Assembly: GCA_048772705.1 (NCBI GenBank)
Contig: JBLWGC010000140.1
Span: 282,143 to 346,142 of the forward strand
Length of the DNA stretch: 64,000 bases
From: Leidyana gryllorum EB-2025a
Taxonomy: Eukaryota; Protista; Apicomplexa
Reading direction: 5' to 3'
Under the pieces are notes generated by a model. It was not told the DNA's origin and searched no databases. It saw only the letters and a program-made list of their open reading frames with translations. The position numbers and the translations under genes are program-made. Positions 1 through 14,107 of this stretch are shown here, one piece after another. Within the stretch, counting starts at the first letter, position 1; every line of letters begins with the position of its first letter.

Positions 1-709
1 CGGACAAACGTCAGTTCCACAGCCGGCAGCCGCGAGCCCCGATGGGGCACCTCAATCATTAGCCGCCCGAGTGGATCAGATCGAGCGCGAGAGACGACGT
101 GAAATCGAGCGCGAGTTACGATTGGAGGTAGGTCTTCATACAAGTTCCAGAACAAATCATTTGTTGTTGTCACAGCGGGCTGGCCGGAAGGGTAGAAAGC
201 TCCGTATGGATGCAGATCGAGACATTTCTGAGCGAGTGGCATTGGGTCAAGCCCAGCCGACCTCGCAAGACGCCTTGTATGACACGCGACTGTTCAGTCG
301 TGATACTGGCGGGCCGGATATTGTAAGTGTTGCATGTCAAATGCATTGGCGTTATCCGACAGTACCCACAACACTTGCCACACACGTGTGTGGCATGGTC
401 TTGATTTGGGCAATATTTGCACTTGTTTGCCATGATCACATCTCTTCTTCTCAGACCCGGGCTGACGACGATGAGTATGCAATGTACGATCGGCCACTGT
501 TCGGCGGGGACCGCGTAAGCGGTGCTCGCGGGATTTACCACATGGATCGGGATCGCATACGCAGAAACGTTGGGTAAGTGGATCAATTGCAATTCAGGCT
601 GCGCGCTCACTACTTTTTCCTCAATTACATTAGGCGGAGTCAAGTAGCAGAGATCGGTGATGTTGTGGATCCATCTAAGGACCGCGGGCCGGTGCAATTC
701 GAGAAGTAG
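1..709 (+). CDS. SNW1: SNW1/SKIP (Prp45) splicing coactivator, 3' part (5' end outside window)
   Basis: Motifs DRDISERVALG, YDTRLF, DDEYAMYDRPLF and terminal RGPVQFEK match the SKIP C-terminus. Introns at about 128-175, 323-454 and 574-633 give a continuous frame ending at TAG 707-709. Confidence 0.88.
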
Positions 710-741
710 AAAGAGTTTTCTTGCGTGTGATCGGTCGTATA

Positions 742-2501
742 ATGGGGGCCACGGACGGGAAATTCTACGTGTTGGTGGCTATATCCCTGCTGCTGCTGAT
801 TCAATTTGGTTCGGCAACAAGGCGCGTTTTGGCGGAGCTGAATACCCTCCCCGATGGCATCCGGGGGAGTTCCTCCTGGTCTATGTGGCGGTATGAAGAC
901 GTGAGCGACTTTCAGTGGTTTGGATTCCGGGATGCATTGGGTTCAACGGTGATAATAGCTATTGCCCACATAGCTATAACCCACGTTGTTGAACATTTCA
1001 CTCCGACAAGCCGAGGGATTCGTGCATTCGTCCAGGCGTTCATGGGAGTGGCAGCATCGGTATATCTGCATGGACAGGACAGCCTCATAGTATTGGCGAT
1101 TGTATTGGTCTTCTACTGCATAAGCAATTTAACAAAGAACGAGTCTACGCGAATATTCGGAATATCGTTGACTTGGGGTTTGAGCATTGTGATACTGGTT
1201 ATCAATACAGCAGTGATGGAGATGCCTGGTGTCGCATATGGCGTCAAAAAGGTGTTTGGAATGGAATCTGACGACGAAACTGGTCTCAGTGAAGACACCT
1301 TTTATCCCGTCCGCCGATCAATCAACATTCTATTACTTAAGCTCATCAGCTTCAACATAGATCGTTCCAATCGCTGTCAGAGTACCACACCTGTTCCTCC
1401 CCCCTCCCCCTGTGAAGAGCGGACAACGACCACAAAGGAGTACGAGCAAATGATCTCGCGGCCTCGACCAGCCAACGATTATAACCTGCTCTTCTTGTTA
1501 GCTTATGCCTACTTCATGCCCCTATACGTCGCTGGTCCCATCTTGAATTTCAATGCTTTCTGCCATGCACTTAGTGTCCGCACTACAGTTAAGCGTCGTT
1601 GGCTCTTGAAGGTGAGTGAATATTGTCACCCTTGAACCCGCTCTTCTCAATACCACCTACTCTTCACACTCGATCAATCCCAACTCTCTTTTGCAGGCGT
1701 TGATTCGATGGATAGCTCTCTTTCTGGTGACCGAAGTGCTCTTCACCCGGCTGCTCCTGATATCCGCTTTGGGAGTGGAGAACATTGACTTCAACCTTTG
1801 GGACCGCTTCAGGTTGTTCGAGTTGGTCACCATGGGAGGCCTGATTCTACTGTACACCTGGTGCAAGTTCGTCGTCTTGTGGTCTGGCTTTCGGATTTGG
1901 TCGATAAGCTCGGGAGTGTATTGCACGGCCAATCTCACCAGATTCCTTTACGACTACTACAGGTAAAGACCCCTGACAACGCTTTTCCAATTTGTCCCTC
2001 TAATGCAGTTGCCAAAAGTTCTGGAAAGATTGGCACGCGTCATATCATAAGTGGATGTTGCAATATATGTACTTCCCCTTGGGTGGTAGTGCGCACAAGC
2101 TACGAGCGACGATCCTGATATTCGCATTCGCGGCGATCTGGCACAAAGCCAACATTCGTTTCGCAGGATGGGCCGCGATAACGATTATGACCTTCGTGAT
2201 CGAGTTGACCGCCGAACGAGTCCTTCGAGTGAACTTTGGTCGCAAGGCACTCATTATTCCCCCGGACAAGAGACTGTCCGCCATCATTGTGGGAGAGATA
2301 GTGGCGACGCTGCTGATTGTGGCGAATCTCGCTGGTTTTGGATGTGGATTGAGGGGACTTTTATACATAGTTAGAAGATCGTACGCCCATCCAGACGAGT
2401 TTCTCATATCCACTGCCTTCTTCACCCTTCTTGGATATGTACATGTGCGCTATCTAATGGAAAGAGATATGCGCAAATCGCAAAGTGTTAGGAATGAGTG
2501 A
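742..2501 (+). CDS. Membrane-bound O-acyltransferase (MBOAT), GUP1/HHAT-like
   Basis: Multiple TM segments; LKLISFNID; YFMPLYVAGPILNFNAF; after splicing FWKDWHASYHKWMLQYMYFPLGG; catalytic His in FAAIWHKA. Introns at about 1612-1696 and 1963-2008. Confidence 0.85.
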
Positions 2502-2573
2502 TGTCCAGACTTCTTGCAAAGTCAGTCAGCCAGCCAGCCAGTCAATGCCAAAATGACCATCTGGAGGAGTATC

Positions 2574-5500
2574 TTAAGATCCCAGTCGCCTCGAGATTCT
2601 AACAAATAGGTTCCTTTGATTTGAAGAATATCCTTCGATGGGGCCCTGAACACAGCTGTCAAGAGAGAAGCCTATCCACTTGTATATACTCACGGATGTG
2701 AATGCCGGCCAAGTGATCAGTCGTCCTTTCCGCAACGTGCTCAACGCAATTGTCGTCATCACGGAAGTTGTCTCGGTAGCATAAGAGGGCAGAGAAGCCG
2801 AAGAGTATGTGGATGACGAACTCCGGCTTAGAGAGTCCGTGAAATAACCCATAACAGTTGGCGATATTCGTGGTGTACTTTCTGTCCATTGTTTCTGCTC
2901 AGCAAGTTTCCCATAAACACATATTTCCAGTATATCTGTCCCTTTCCAACACTTGTCAGAAGTACTCTTCTCATTGACCGCTGCGGTTGTCTCCTCCACC
3001 CCACGCAACAGGGAGAGTTCCAGCTCTCCCGTCGGCGCAGAACGCAAAATGAGGGTCTGCGAAATTGAGTCACACTCGAACTCCGCGCACAGCCTCAGCG
3101 CCGGGTGAATGTGAAAGACTCACCAAAAACAATGTCTTGCCTTCACCATCCAGAAGGCAAAAACCTCGAGTGACCTCGAAGCCGCTTTATCATTGTATAA
3201 TTCCGTGCGGTGATAGGCTCACACCTACCTCAAAAGATCTTCAATGAGAATCTTGCAGAAAGCAGCAGTCCCGTTTGGGAGGGCCACTACCGAGGTGTCA
3301 CATGGTTCAATACGATTAGCGCAACATATCAGATGCGCTTTGGGGTCCCGGGATAAACTGTACAGCTCATATTGTCATCAAAAAGTGACGTTCAACCATG
3401 AGGTGGTCGGTAACACCACGGAGACACCGGGTTACCACACACACGCACACACGCAGGACCCAAGGAGACCAATGGGTGTCAGAGGTTGGAATTGCGTGTC
3501 GCCAGAAGCTTCCACTCTGGACGATCACTGGGGTGTCTTAAAAGCTTACATGTCATTCAGAATGTGCTCAGATCGATCTGTCCAGGCGGACAGACGCTTG
3601 AGCCATATGTTCGCTTTGAGGAACACACAGTGCAATGTTTTGGAGGTGTATTCAAGTGAGTGTAGAGTATCTGTGTTGCAGAGGTCCGCAAGGCCTGTAT
3701 TGAGAGCAAGTTGCCAGCGCACAAAGTTCATGATATGTTTTCCTTTGGTGAGGAAGAAAATTGGTTTGCACTGGATCATCTATATCGAGCAAGGGTCTTA
3801 GGGGTGTCTAAGTGCTTCTACCAGGAGGGTCCACGCGAGGCACTCGGCTTCAGCGGAGCAATTTCTGCGGGGCTGATTGATGAGCAGATGAACCTCTTTG
3901 AGCATCGACGCCACGGGGGAGGCATCAGTAGCTCTGATGTCGCCAGGGACAGATCGACTAGTGATTTCCATGTGGACGACGAGAAGATCGATGGTTCGTT
4001 CGATTTCTCGGGAGGTATCACCGCGTTCTTTCGCTTTCTGAAGTCTGCGATGTTGACGTTTGAGTATTAATCCGGAAGCCTTTTCCAACTGTGCCCTGAC
4101 GGCCTTGTTGATGAACTTATCTTCGAGGAAGCGTTCCAGAGCGGCTCGTCCCCGGGGTCCCGTCTCATTACCGCCTTTGGCACCGCCCGCGACTACTTGT
4201 TCCGTGCGGCGTCGTTGGGACTCGGTGTTATAGAGGCAAGCGCGCACCAATTCTGCGGCGCTTTCCTCGTCTTCTTCGGTATGGCGCTCGAATCCGGGGA
4301 GCAGACCACTGAGCAGATCGCTGGGGATACTATTGCTGGAATGATGGACAAAGTGTCCCGTGTTGACGTTGGCAGGAGGTGTGTCAAGACTGGCGCCCAC
4401 ATCTCCGCCGCCAATAGAGTCGTTCCACTGAGGAGTTGGTAATTGCTGATGGTCAGAAGACGACAGAGGGAGCGGCTTTATCAGTTCGGTAGTTAGTTGT
4501 TGATGGTGATTATGCGAAGAAGATTCTTGTGGTCTCCCTTGATCTCCTCCGGCTGGGCGATGCTCAGCTGTGCACTCGCTGTCGCCTCGGCTGCTGCTGT
4601 CCTCTTCGTCTTCTGGGTGCTGAGTGGCTTCCGGAGTGACTTCAGTGACGAAACTGTTCGCAACGGAAAGATTGTGGTGAGCGTTTAATTGAATCGGTAG
4701 CCGGCCGGGGGTCGAGGCTTCGGTCATCGTCGTATTGGGATGATAGTTGATTTCGAGTTGAGATAGCGGGAGTGAACCCACACTGCCTCCGATGGCAAAG
4801 TGTTGAGGACCGCCACGAGATGACATTGGGGTGGACTCCACATGTAAGGCGTGGTGTGACGATATCTGGTGATGCGACGATATTTGGTGATGCGACGATA
4901 ACTGGTGATGCGACGATAGTTGGTGCTGAGAGTGATGGCTTTGATGGTGATGAGAGGAGAATCTTTCACTGTGTTGATATAGCGCTGAGGACTGTTCAGT
5001 CACTTTCCGTTGTTGATTTGATGATCGTCTCCGGCGGCCGTAGTCTTCCGCACCAAATTGTTCTGCTTCTGAAGTGGAGCCAATCTGGAACTCATTATTT
5101 GTCCCACTGACAGCTGTGGCCGTCCTCTGTTCACTCAGTGACACGAGTCGCTCGTCACCCTTAGCACTGACATCGTCACGGTCACCACTATTGATGCCAC
5201 TTTCACTCGAGCTCCTGCTCTCCTCGGGTCTCCCCTCATCCTCGTCTACGCCACCGCTGGGACAGTCGGCAAGTTGTTCGGACCTTTCAGCCGCCGGGCT
5301 GGTGCTGTCTTCAGCGCTGTCGTCGCCAGTAATGCGTTGGGTGTTCTGAGTCTCAGATTCACTGCTGGGCTCCTCTGCCGGTCGCTCGACCACGGGTGAT
5401 AGTCCCATGGGCCGCGGTGGACCAGTCTGATTGCCATACAGATGGGCTGCCAGAGCACTAAGCGGGACGTTGTGTCCACGTAGGTTGATGGGAGTGCTCA

Positions 5501-6998
5501 TGGGTCGGGCAGGAGTGATAGGGCCTCCGACCAAACTTGGAGGCAAAGAAGTCAACGGCATTGAGGGCGGTGCCACAACGGAGGTGTGATTGAGAGGAGG
5601 ATACGACAAGTGTCCCATACCCAAGGGCATCGAGGGTGGTGCCGCCATGTGGTACGTGGGCGCCTCCACTCGTTGCTGAATGGGCAATACCCCGCCGATA
5701 GACTGCGGAATTGGCATCGTGGCTGCCGCCGGGCGGATAGGAAACGACTGAGGGGCCATAGGAAGCGGCACCGATTGTGGAGGCAGCAGCTGGGGCAACG
5801 GAACTGACGCTGGAGGCGGGTTGGAGGAGTTTGTCCACGGGGTGCCACCGCTCATCACCAGCGGGACGGAGGGCGGGGGAGTGCGCACAGGCGTCGGAGT
5901 TGATGAGGATACAACATCGGTAGCGACGGTCATCGGATTGTATATAATGGGGGTGGTAGCCGGAGGTGCTGGTCGTGCCTCCTCCAACCGGGGATGCAAG
6001 GGTACAGACTGGGGCGGGCCAACCGCGGGAGAGGTGGCAGCGTGCTGAATAAGAGATCCATTGGCCCCAATACCAACTCCAGCAGAGAGGGGAGGGAGGA
6101 TGAAGGGTGAATCGTCAGCGGTATCCGTTGTTTGTGGCGGGAAGATCGACGTTGACTGGGGAGGAATGGGAAAGGATGGAGGGGCAATGGTCATAGGCAA
6201 AGGCATTGTGGCTGGACCACGATGTGCTGCTGCCGGCGCGGAAGCAATGAGATGCGCGTTGTATATCGGTGTCGTGGACGGGGGAGGCGCATTGATGAAC
6301 CGCTGAGGGGAATACCCGCCATCAGTGCTGTTGTCATCGGCGTCCAAGTCACCGCGATTGGACTCTTTTTCAGCCATGGCCGTTGCAGCTGACGGTGAAG
6401 CGTCAATGGTAACGACTGGATCGTGATGGCTGGGAGTGTAACCGCCATCCGACTCATTCAGGCCTCCGTCCCCTTGATTCATCTTGAGAAAGTCGACTGA
6501 TAAAGGTACCGTAGCCGGGGGAGCAATGGCCGACACTCCCAAAGATCCTCGCGCTGAATCGAGAGCTGCGGGCGGCGGCTGGAGCGGCATTGTAGCGGGA
6601 GCGGTCTTCAAGAGAACTGCGGCCTCTGGAGACGAATGAGTAGCCTTGATACGCAAAAAATCGGCTTCACTTAAGTAACCTTCATCAAACCGACGCAGCA
6701 TCTCTAGCAGAACAGAGTATACTTCCACACGTCCTTGAGCTGTGCTGCCTTCCAGCGTTGGAGAAGGCGGGCGGGTCAGATCACTCAGGAGGTAACAAAC
6801 GTAAGGACGCTTCAAGCCTGAAGCTTGCACCAAATCGTCCTCTGTCAGACCGAACGGGCTAATCCACTCGGTATTGATCCGTTCGATCAGAGCCCTCAGT
6901 TCCTGCTCACTTGGATCTGCCCATTCCCGTACTTGAGTATACTCTATCAAGTCCCCGCGAGCACCCAAAGAGATTCCCAGCTCTTCTGCCAACGGCAT
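2574..6998 (-). CDS. Large Pro/Ser/His-rich, mostly disordered hypothetical protein; long first exon 6998 to ~3820, probable further exons at ~3546-3779 and ~2574-3047
   Basis: 1066-codon ORF with recurring PxSxPL/PATMP motifs. A GT..AG intron near 3821-3780 links it in frame to ORF 3546-3779. The 3' exon model is tentative. Confidence 0.6.
4850..4950 (-). repeat. 18-bp coding tandem repeat encoding HHQ(L/I)SS
   Basis: Repeated tggtgatgcgacgata units; protein reads HQLSSHHQLSSHHQISSHHQISSHH. Confidence 0.8.
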
Positions 6999-7077
6999 TC
7001 ACAGTATATACTCAAAAACAAACCAACGAATCTTCCTTCTGGCACAAACTAATTTTTACAAATACACCCCGGAGAAC

Positions 7078-9628
7078 ATGGCACATGCTTCGGTACTGAA
7101 CCACTGCCTTTACACAACCCCAATCACACACATAGGATATTCAATGGCCTCCTGGCATCGTACCTGAACATCGACTCCCCGCTAAACACACGCTCGGCCG
7201 CGTATGGAGAGTACGCTGTGATGCACTATTGCAGGCCGCAAGCTTAGAGATCGAAAAGTAAAGTCGGAACACGCCTATCCGTTCCTCGTGTGTGTGTGTG
7301 TGTGTGGGGGGGGGGTGTGTGTGTGTGTCTGTCTGTGCCGTTAGCCCACTATCTCTCTCCGTCGTCTTCTCTCTCTGTCTCCCTGCAGTCCACTTTTACC
7401 CGACATTGTCGGGGCCTGAGCTTTCAAAGTAGACTGTGTGAATGACTCAACAGACGTCGTCTCCTTGAAAGGGAAATCGAGCTCTCCAAGTATTTAAATG
7501 GCCTCAAAGGGGCTCTTGAAGACTTCGAAAGGAATCAGGCAGCCAAAGCGCTCGTAGAAGCTGACAGCGAAGGTGTGTTGTTGATCAATCATCTCGACGA
7601 GGAGAGCACGTCTCATCAAGTCGTTGAGACAGTGGTCGCCATCTGCTCGCCTCATTGGATCTATTCCCACCGACTCCCTCTGACTGCACTTCTGCTGCCC
7701 CGTTTGTCTCCCCAAACTGAGCTCTCTGTGTGTGTGTGTGTGTGTGTGTGTGTTTGTACCCACCATATTTGGCCTGGTGTGATGGTTGTCTCGCGACGAC
7801 GCGGCAGAAGAGGAAGATGAACAGGATCAGTTGACTGAGCAGGACATTCAGGCCTGTCACGAAGAATATGGCGCCAGAGAGGGAGAACATGCTGCATTGA
7901 TGGAAGAGATCGACGAGTTGGACCGTCGGATACGAGAAGAGAGAGAGGCTGTTGTCATCTTCAAGTGGGGGCCTCGGCATGTTCACCCCAATATCGCACG
8001 GCTCGACGCGCCACTCGATATGCGTGGCGCCGCCCGCGACAACCGAGACGACAAACTGACGGCTCAGGAGCTCACACGGAAGATTCAAGAGGAAATTCAA
8101 ACAATGCCCGAACCGCGGTCGCCTGATGCCTCTCCCAAAATTCCGGATCTGCCTGTTGAACATCGAGGAGTCAAATCAACACTGCACAGGCTGTTTACCA
8201 AGGCGCCCAAACCTCGCAGATTTGAAAATGACGAGTGTGCCAGAGTCGATCTGATCGTAGCCGACGACGAAGAGGCCTTCGCTGCTTATCTGGAGGCTTT
8301 GAGCGAAATTGATCAGGCTGAAATACCACAGACGGACATCACCTTCGCCGCAAAGATTGTGAGTCTCGGGCCATCTGTGAGGGACACAGCACCATCAGTA
8401 CTCGCCGCTTGCGGCAGTCGCGGGACGTGAAGGAGGCACCATCACCAACCCAAAGTACCGACAGAGCCCCGCGTCCTGTATGGACATCCTTCGCGACGGC
8501 GAGACCTTGATGACGGCGCAAGCCAAGGCAGTGTACTCTCATTCAGATTGGCGTAAGTCTGGGATCCTTCCCACAGTGCGGTGTGGTATTGTAAAGATCG
8601 TTGAGGAAGAGCGCCCCGCCGATTACGCGCTCGCTGTCTATACGTAAGGAAGGACCTGTCCCGTCTGACAAGCGTGTCTGATAGCCCCTTCGCCACCAAC
8701 GGGAGTATCCAGAATGCACTCCGACACATATCTGGCGCCAAGTCTGAACATTGGTACGGTGACGACCTGTTGTTGCGAAACTTGCAGCAACACATTCAAT
8801 CGTAAGATGTCGAAAGTGGTCCGCCGTACGAAATGTCGCTTCATCTGGGCTCAGGATGGCCGTTCTGGAGAATTATGGCGTGGTCCACGGGAACATAAAG
8901 ACAAGCAACATATATATAAGTGCCGATGGAGCGTCGCTGCTCCTATCGGATTTCGTACCTCGCAGTAAGTCGTTCAGGAGGGGTGTTCTTGCCATCCTGG
9001 ACACTTGAAAGGCCAAATAATCCGTGAATGGTGTCTCATTGGTCGGCGCGAACACACAAGACACACTCACTTTATGAGCCCGGAAGTGTACAAGGCCATC
9101 CGTGATCAGGTTGACACTGAGATCCAGTATGAAAATGAGATGGAGTTGTCTAAACACGACGTCTTCACACTGGGAATGGTCTATTACCATCTCTTGACTC
9201 GTACGGACCAAGATCAGGTATGTGATGCGGGGTACCCAGTGGTAAACGTGTGCGAGTGATTATTGGCGCGCAGTTGGAGGGATTGTTCAAATCGAAAACG
9301 AAACACGACGAGTTGGTCCGACGTATGGTGACTCCAACTCGAGGTGAGTATTGAGAATTGTGGTTGCTCGTGACAATCTTGATAGAATTAGGCGACCTCA
9401 TTCGAGCAATGCTGACATGGAATCCCAAGAATCGTCCGCTCTTCCGGGAATTGACGGTGAGTCACGGACAAAGTGGAAGTGCAACTCGAGTGTCAGACAA
9501 TGACCATTTTGGCTGACGATGATATGTCAGCCCCGGCACCTGAAGCTGCGGCGGGGGCAGGCTGGGGAGCAACATTCAAGAAGGTGGTTGATTTCTTCTG
9601 GGAAGGCGAAGGAGAGCAGGGGGAGTGA
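7078..9628 (+). CDS. Multi-exon protein kinase-like protein, probable pseudokinase (5' structure uncertain)
   Basis: Exon fragments YTPFATNGSIQNAL (V), VVHGNIKTSNIYI (VIb, 8886), LLSDFVP (VII), HFMSPEV (VIII), HDVFTLGMVYYHLLT (IX), LIRAMLTWNPKNRP (XI). Stop at 9626-9628 after the last intron. Confidence 0.72.
7288..7330. repeat. (TG)n microsatellite interrupted by a G run
   Basis: Directly visible; lies in a probable intron. Confidence 0.9.
7727..7752. repeat. (TG)n microsatellite
   Basis: Directly visible; probably intronic. Confidence 0.9.
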
Positions 9629-9744
9629 AAAAGGAGCGTCGAGTTGCGATGAAAAGATGGGGTCGCAGATACATAATGATCGCTCGGCGTTGTGTTGTTG
9701 GGTAGCGTAATTTGAAAAGCTCTCTTTCTTGTTGATAGTGATGG

Positions 9745-10606
<862 letters not shown>

Positions 10607-10674
10607 CTCTGCTGGCTCGAAGAATAGAAATTTACCCTCCACAAATTCCAGCTTTCTCTGCTTCTCCTTCTTCA
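10607..10674. promoter_or_regulatory. Putative 68-bp bidirectional promoter/UTR region between Rab6 and aconitase
   Basis: Divergent ATGs at 10606 (-) and 10675 (+); pyrimidine-rich spacer. Confidence 0.5.
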
Positions 10675-13662
10675 ATGACCTCCCCTCATCAATTTGAGCA
10701 TCTCATTCGTGATATCGATGGTCACCAGTACTTCAGCCTGGCTGACCTCGATGCCGATACTTTGAGTGAGTCAACTGCGCCCCACCCCGCCCCCTCCCAC
10801 TGCTATGGTAGAAACGATGCCTTATTGTATGCGTATTCTCCTGGAATCCGCTGTCCGTAACTGCGACGGCTTTGAGGTCACTAAGCAGGATGTGGATCGT
10901 CTGTTGAACTGGAAAGACAGTGCAGCCAACGGCTCTGAGATTGCCTTCAAACCCGCCCGCGTCTTGCTGCAAGACTTCACCGGTGTACCGTGCATCGTCG
11001 ACTTGGCCGCTATGCGCAACGCCATGATGAGCCTGCAAGGAGACCCCAAACTCGTCAACCCACTCATACCCACGGATTTGGTCATTGACCATAGTGTTGT
11101 AGTCGACTCCGCCGGAAACCCGGAATCCCTCACTGTAAATGAGGACTTGGAATTCGACCGCAACCACGAACGATTCGCATTCTTAAAGTGGGGCCAAAAA
11201 GCCTTTCACAACATGTCAGTCGTACCCCCGGGATCTGGCATTGTTCATCAAGTCAACCTTGAGTACTTAGCCCGTGTCGTCTTCACTCAAAACTACCTCT
11301 ACCCAGATTCTGTCGTTGGCACTGACTCTCACACCACAATGATTGACGGACTGGGAGTACTTGGATGGGGAGTGGGTGGTATTGAAGCTGAAGCTACCAT
11401 GCTCGGTCAACCCATCTATATGGTCGTACCCGAAGTTGTTGGCTTCAAACTCGTCGGCGAACTCCCTCCAACCTGTACCACTACCGATCTTGTCTTGCGT
11501 GTAGCACAAATGCTCCGTGCCTATGGTGTTGTTGGCAAGTTGGTCGAATTCTATGGTCACGGGGTCGAAACTCTCACTGTCGCTGATCGTGCTACAATCA
11601 GCAACATGTCTCCAGGTGTGTTCAGCGAAACGTGTTCAGCAATTGTGCTGTGTGAGCATCACTTAATACTGATCCATCTGTGTCGGCTGTGTGTGCGTGC
11701 GCGCGTGTGTGTGCTGTTTGTCCATTCGCCGTCTCCGTCTCCCGATGACTTCTTTTGTCCCTAGAGTTCGGCGCCACGGCTGCTTTCTTCCCATGTGATG
11801 ACAAGACGATGAAGTACCTGGCCATGACAGGCCGCGATCCAGCACGACTGGAGTTGTGCCGACAGTATCTGCAAGCCAACAGGTTGTACCGTGAGTATGG
11901 TCCTGATGACAAGTTGATCAAGTACATGGGCCCCGGTTTGAAACTGGATATGAGCACGCTGGTCCCGGCTGTAGCAGGTCCGAAGAGGCCGCATGACTTT
12001 TGTCCTCTGGCTGATTTGAAGGCTCACTTCAATAAGTGGCTGCAAGCTCCAGTTGGATTCAAGGGGTATGGTTTGGATGGGGCTTCGGCCACCAAACCAC
12101 CGACCCAGCTGGAGTTCGAGGGTGAGTCCCGAGCTTTCGGGCACGGAGCAGTTGTTATCGCGGCTATTACGTCTTGTACTAACACTTCGAATCCGACTGT
12201 GATGATGTGGGCGGGCATGTTGGCTCGGAACGCTGTGGCAAAAGGGTTGTGTCCCCCCAAGTATGTCAGATGCAGTTTGTCCCCGGGAAGTCATGTGGTT
12301 CACGAGTACCTGAAGAAGGCTGACTTGTTGACATCGCTGGAGAAGATTGGCTTCTATCTGACCGGATTTGGGTGTCAGACTTGTATTGGCAACAGTGGTG
12401 ATATCGAACCAGAAGTTGCGGACAAGATCACCAAAGAAGATCTGGTAGCCTGCGCTGTTCTGAGTGGCAATCGGAACTTTGAGGGGAGAATTCATCCTTT
12501 GACTCGTGCGAATTTCCTAATGTCGCCTCCTCTCGTGATTGCCTTTGCCCTGGCCGGGAGAATCGACATCGACTTCGAGACGGAGCCAATTGGCCGGGGA
12601 GCGGATGGCAAAGATGGTGAGTATATTACATAGGGGGGGCTGGCAGTGGACAGAGGCGTGCGCGTTGGCCGCATAAGTTGTGTGTTTCTGCGGTGTAATG
12701 TCTCTTCAGTTATGCTACGGGACATCTGGCCATCTCGTGCTGAGGTGGACGAGGTTGCGAACACCAGCATCACGCCAGAGTTGTTCAAGAAGACGTACGC
12801 GAACATCCGGACGGGTAACAAGCGGTGGGAGGAGACTCAAGTTCCGGAGGAGGAGATATATCAGTGGGACCCGAAGTCGACATATGTTCACCATCCCCCC
12901 TTCTTTGACCAAATGAAGATGGAGCCAGAGGAGCCGCAGCGTGTGGAGAAGGCCTATTGTTTATTGCTCTTGGGCGACTCTATCACGACTGATCACATCT
13001 CTCCAGCTGGCAAAATAGCACTGGATTCTCCGGCTGCGAGGTTTCTGCAGAGTCGGGGTGTCGCTCCGCGTGACTTCAACTCTTACGGCAGTCGGAGAGG
13101 CAACGATGAAGTGATGGTTCGTGGTACCTTCGCTAATGTTCGACTGGTAAACAAGTTGGTGGATCGAGTTGGACCGATCACCAAACACTGGCCCACTGGA
13201 GAAGAGCTGAGTGTGTACGACGCGGCGATGAAATACAAGAGAGACGGCAAACAGACGATTATATTGGCAGGTGCAGAGTACGGTTCCGGTTCGAGTCGGG
13301 ACTGGGCGGCTAAGGGTCCCCTGATGCAAGGCGTTCGAGCTGTAATCGCTCGGAGTTTCGAGCGGATCCATCGAAGCAATCTCATTGGAATGGGAGTTAT
13401 CCCACTTCAGTTCCTGGACGGCCAGTGTCCTGAGACATTGGGTTTGAATGGTTCTGAAGTCTTCTCGATTGATGTGGCGAACGCCAAAGTCCAGGGTGAA
13501 GTCGAGGTGAACGTCGAGACCCCCGAAGGAGCCTTCATTCGGAAGTTCCTGACGAAGGCAAGGATTGATACTCCGGTGGAACTCGAATACTATCACAACG
13601 GCGGTATTCTCCACTACGTACTGCGTAAAATGGCCCGCAACCATTCTGTCCAACAACAATGA
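10675..13662 (+). CDS. ACO1: Aconitate hydratase, AcnA/IRP1 type (~899 aa, 4 exons)
   Basis: [37 protein letters not shown], Fe-S ligands in SCTNTSNP and [29 protein letters not shown]. Exons 10675-10765, 10812-11615, 11765-12616, 12710-13662 total 2700 nt. Confidence 0.96.
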
Positions 13663-14107
13663 AGTTGTCGACAATGGCCAGAATTCTCCATCAATCAGTA
13701 GTTGTAGTAGTTAATTTTCACTTTAATATGTATAAACGCGACCCGTAGATAATATAAATAGACTCATTATTTCGTTTCTTTCCTCAAGTGTAAAGAGAGA
13801 GGAAGCGAGACTCAGATTAGAGACTCTGATACATGGGGAGCGAGAGAGAACCGTGAAGAAACTCTACTGAATGAAGATCGGAATGTATCCTGCATTGAAG
13901 AACGACACGTAAGATAGTGTCGCTCAGAAGATTTGAGATGAGATTGAGAGAGGTTTCGGAACAATCGCTACTCGAACTCGAAAATCTGTCTTTTAAGGAA
14001 TCAGGTGGGTGTCGTTGGGACACAAACACTCACTAAATTTCCCAAGGGTACGGCATCGAACAGGTGTGGGAGAAAATTTGCACACTTTTTTTGATCTCAG
14101 TCCCACG

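Noticed and set aside
11761-13674. 244-aa and 237-aa minus-strand ORFs
   Set aside because: Antisense shadows of aconitase exons.
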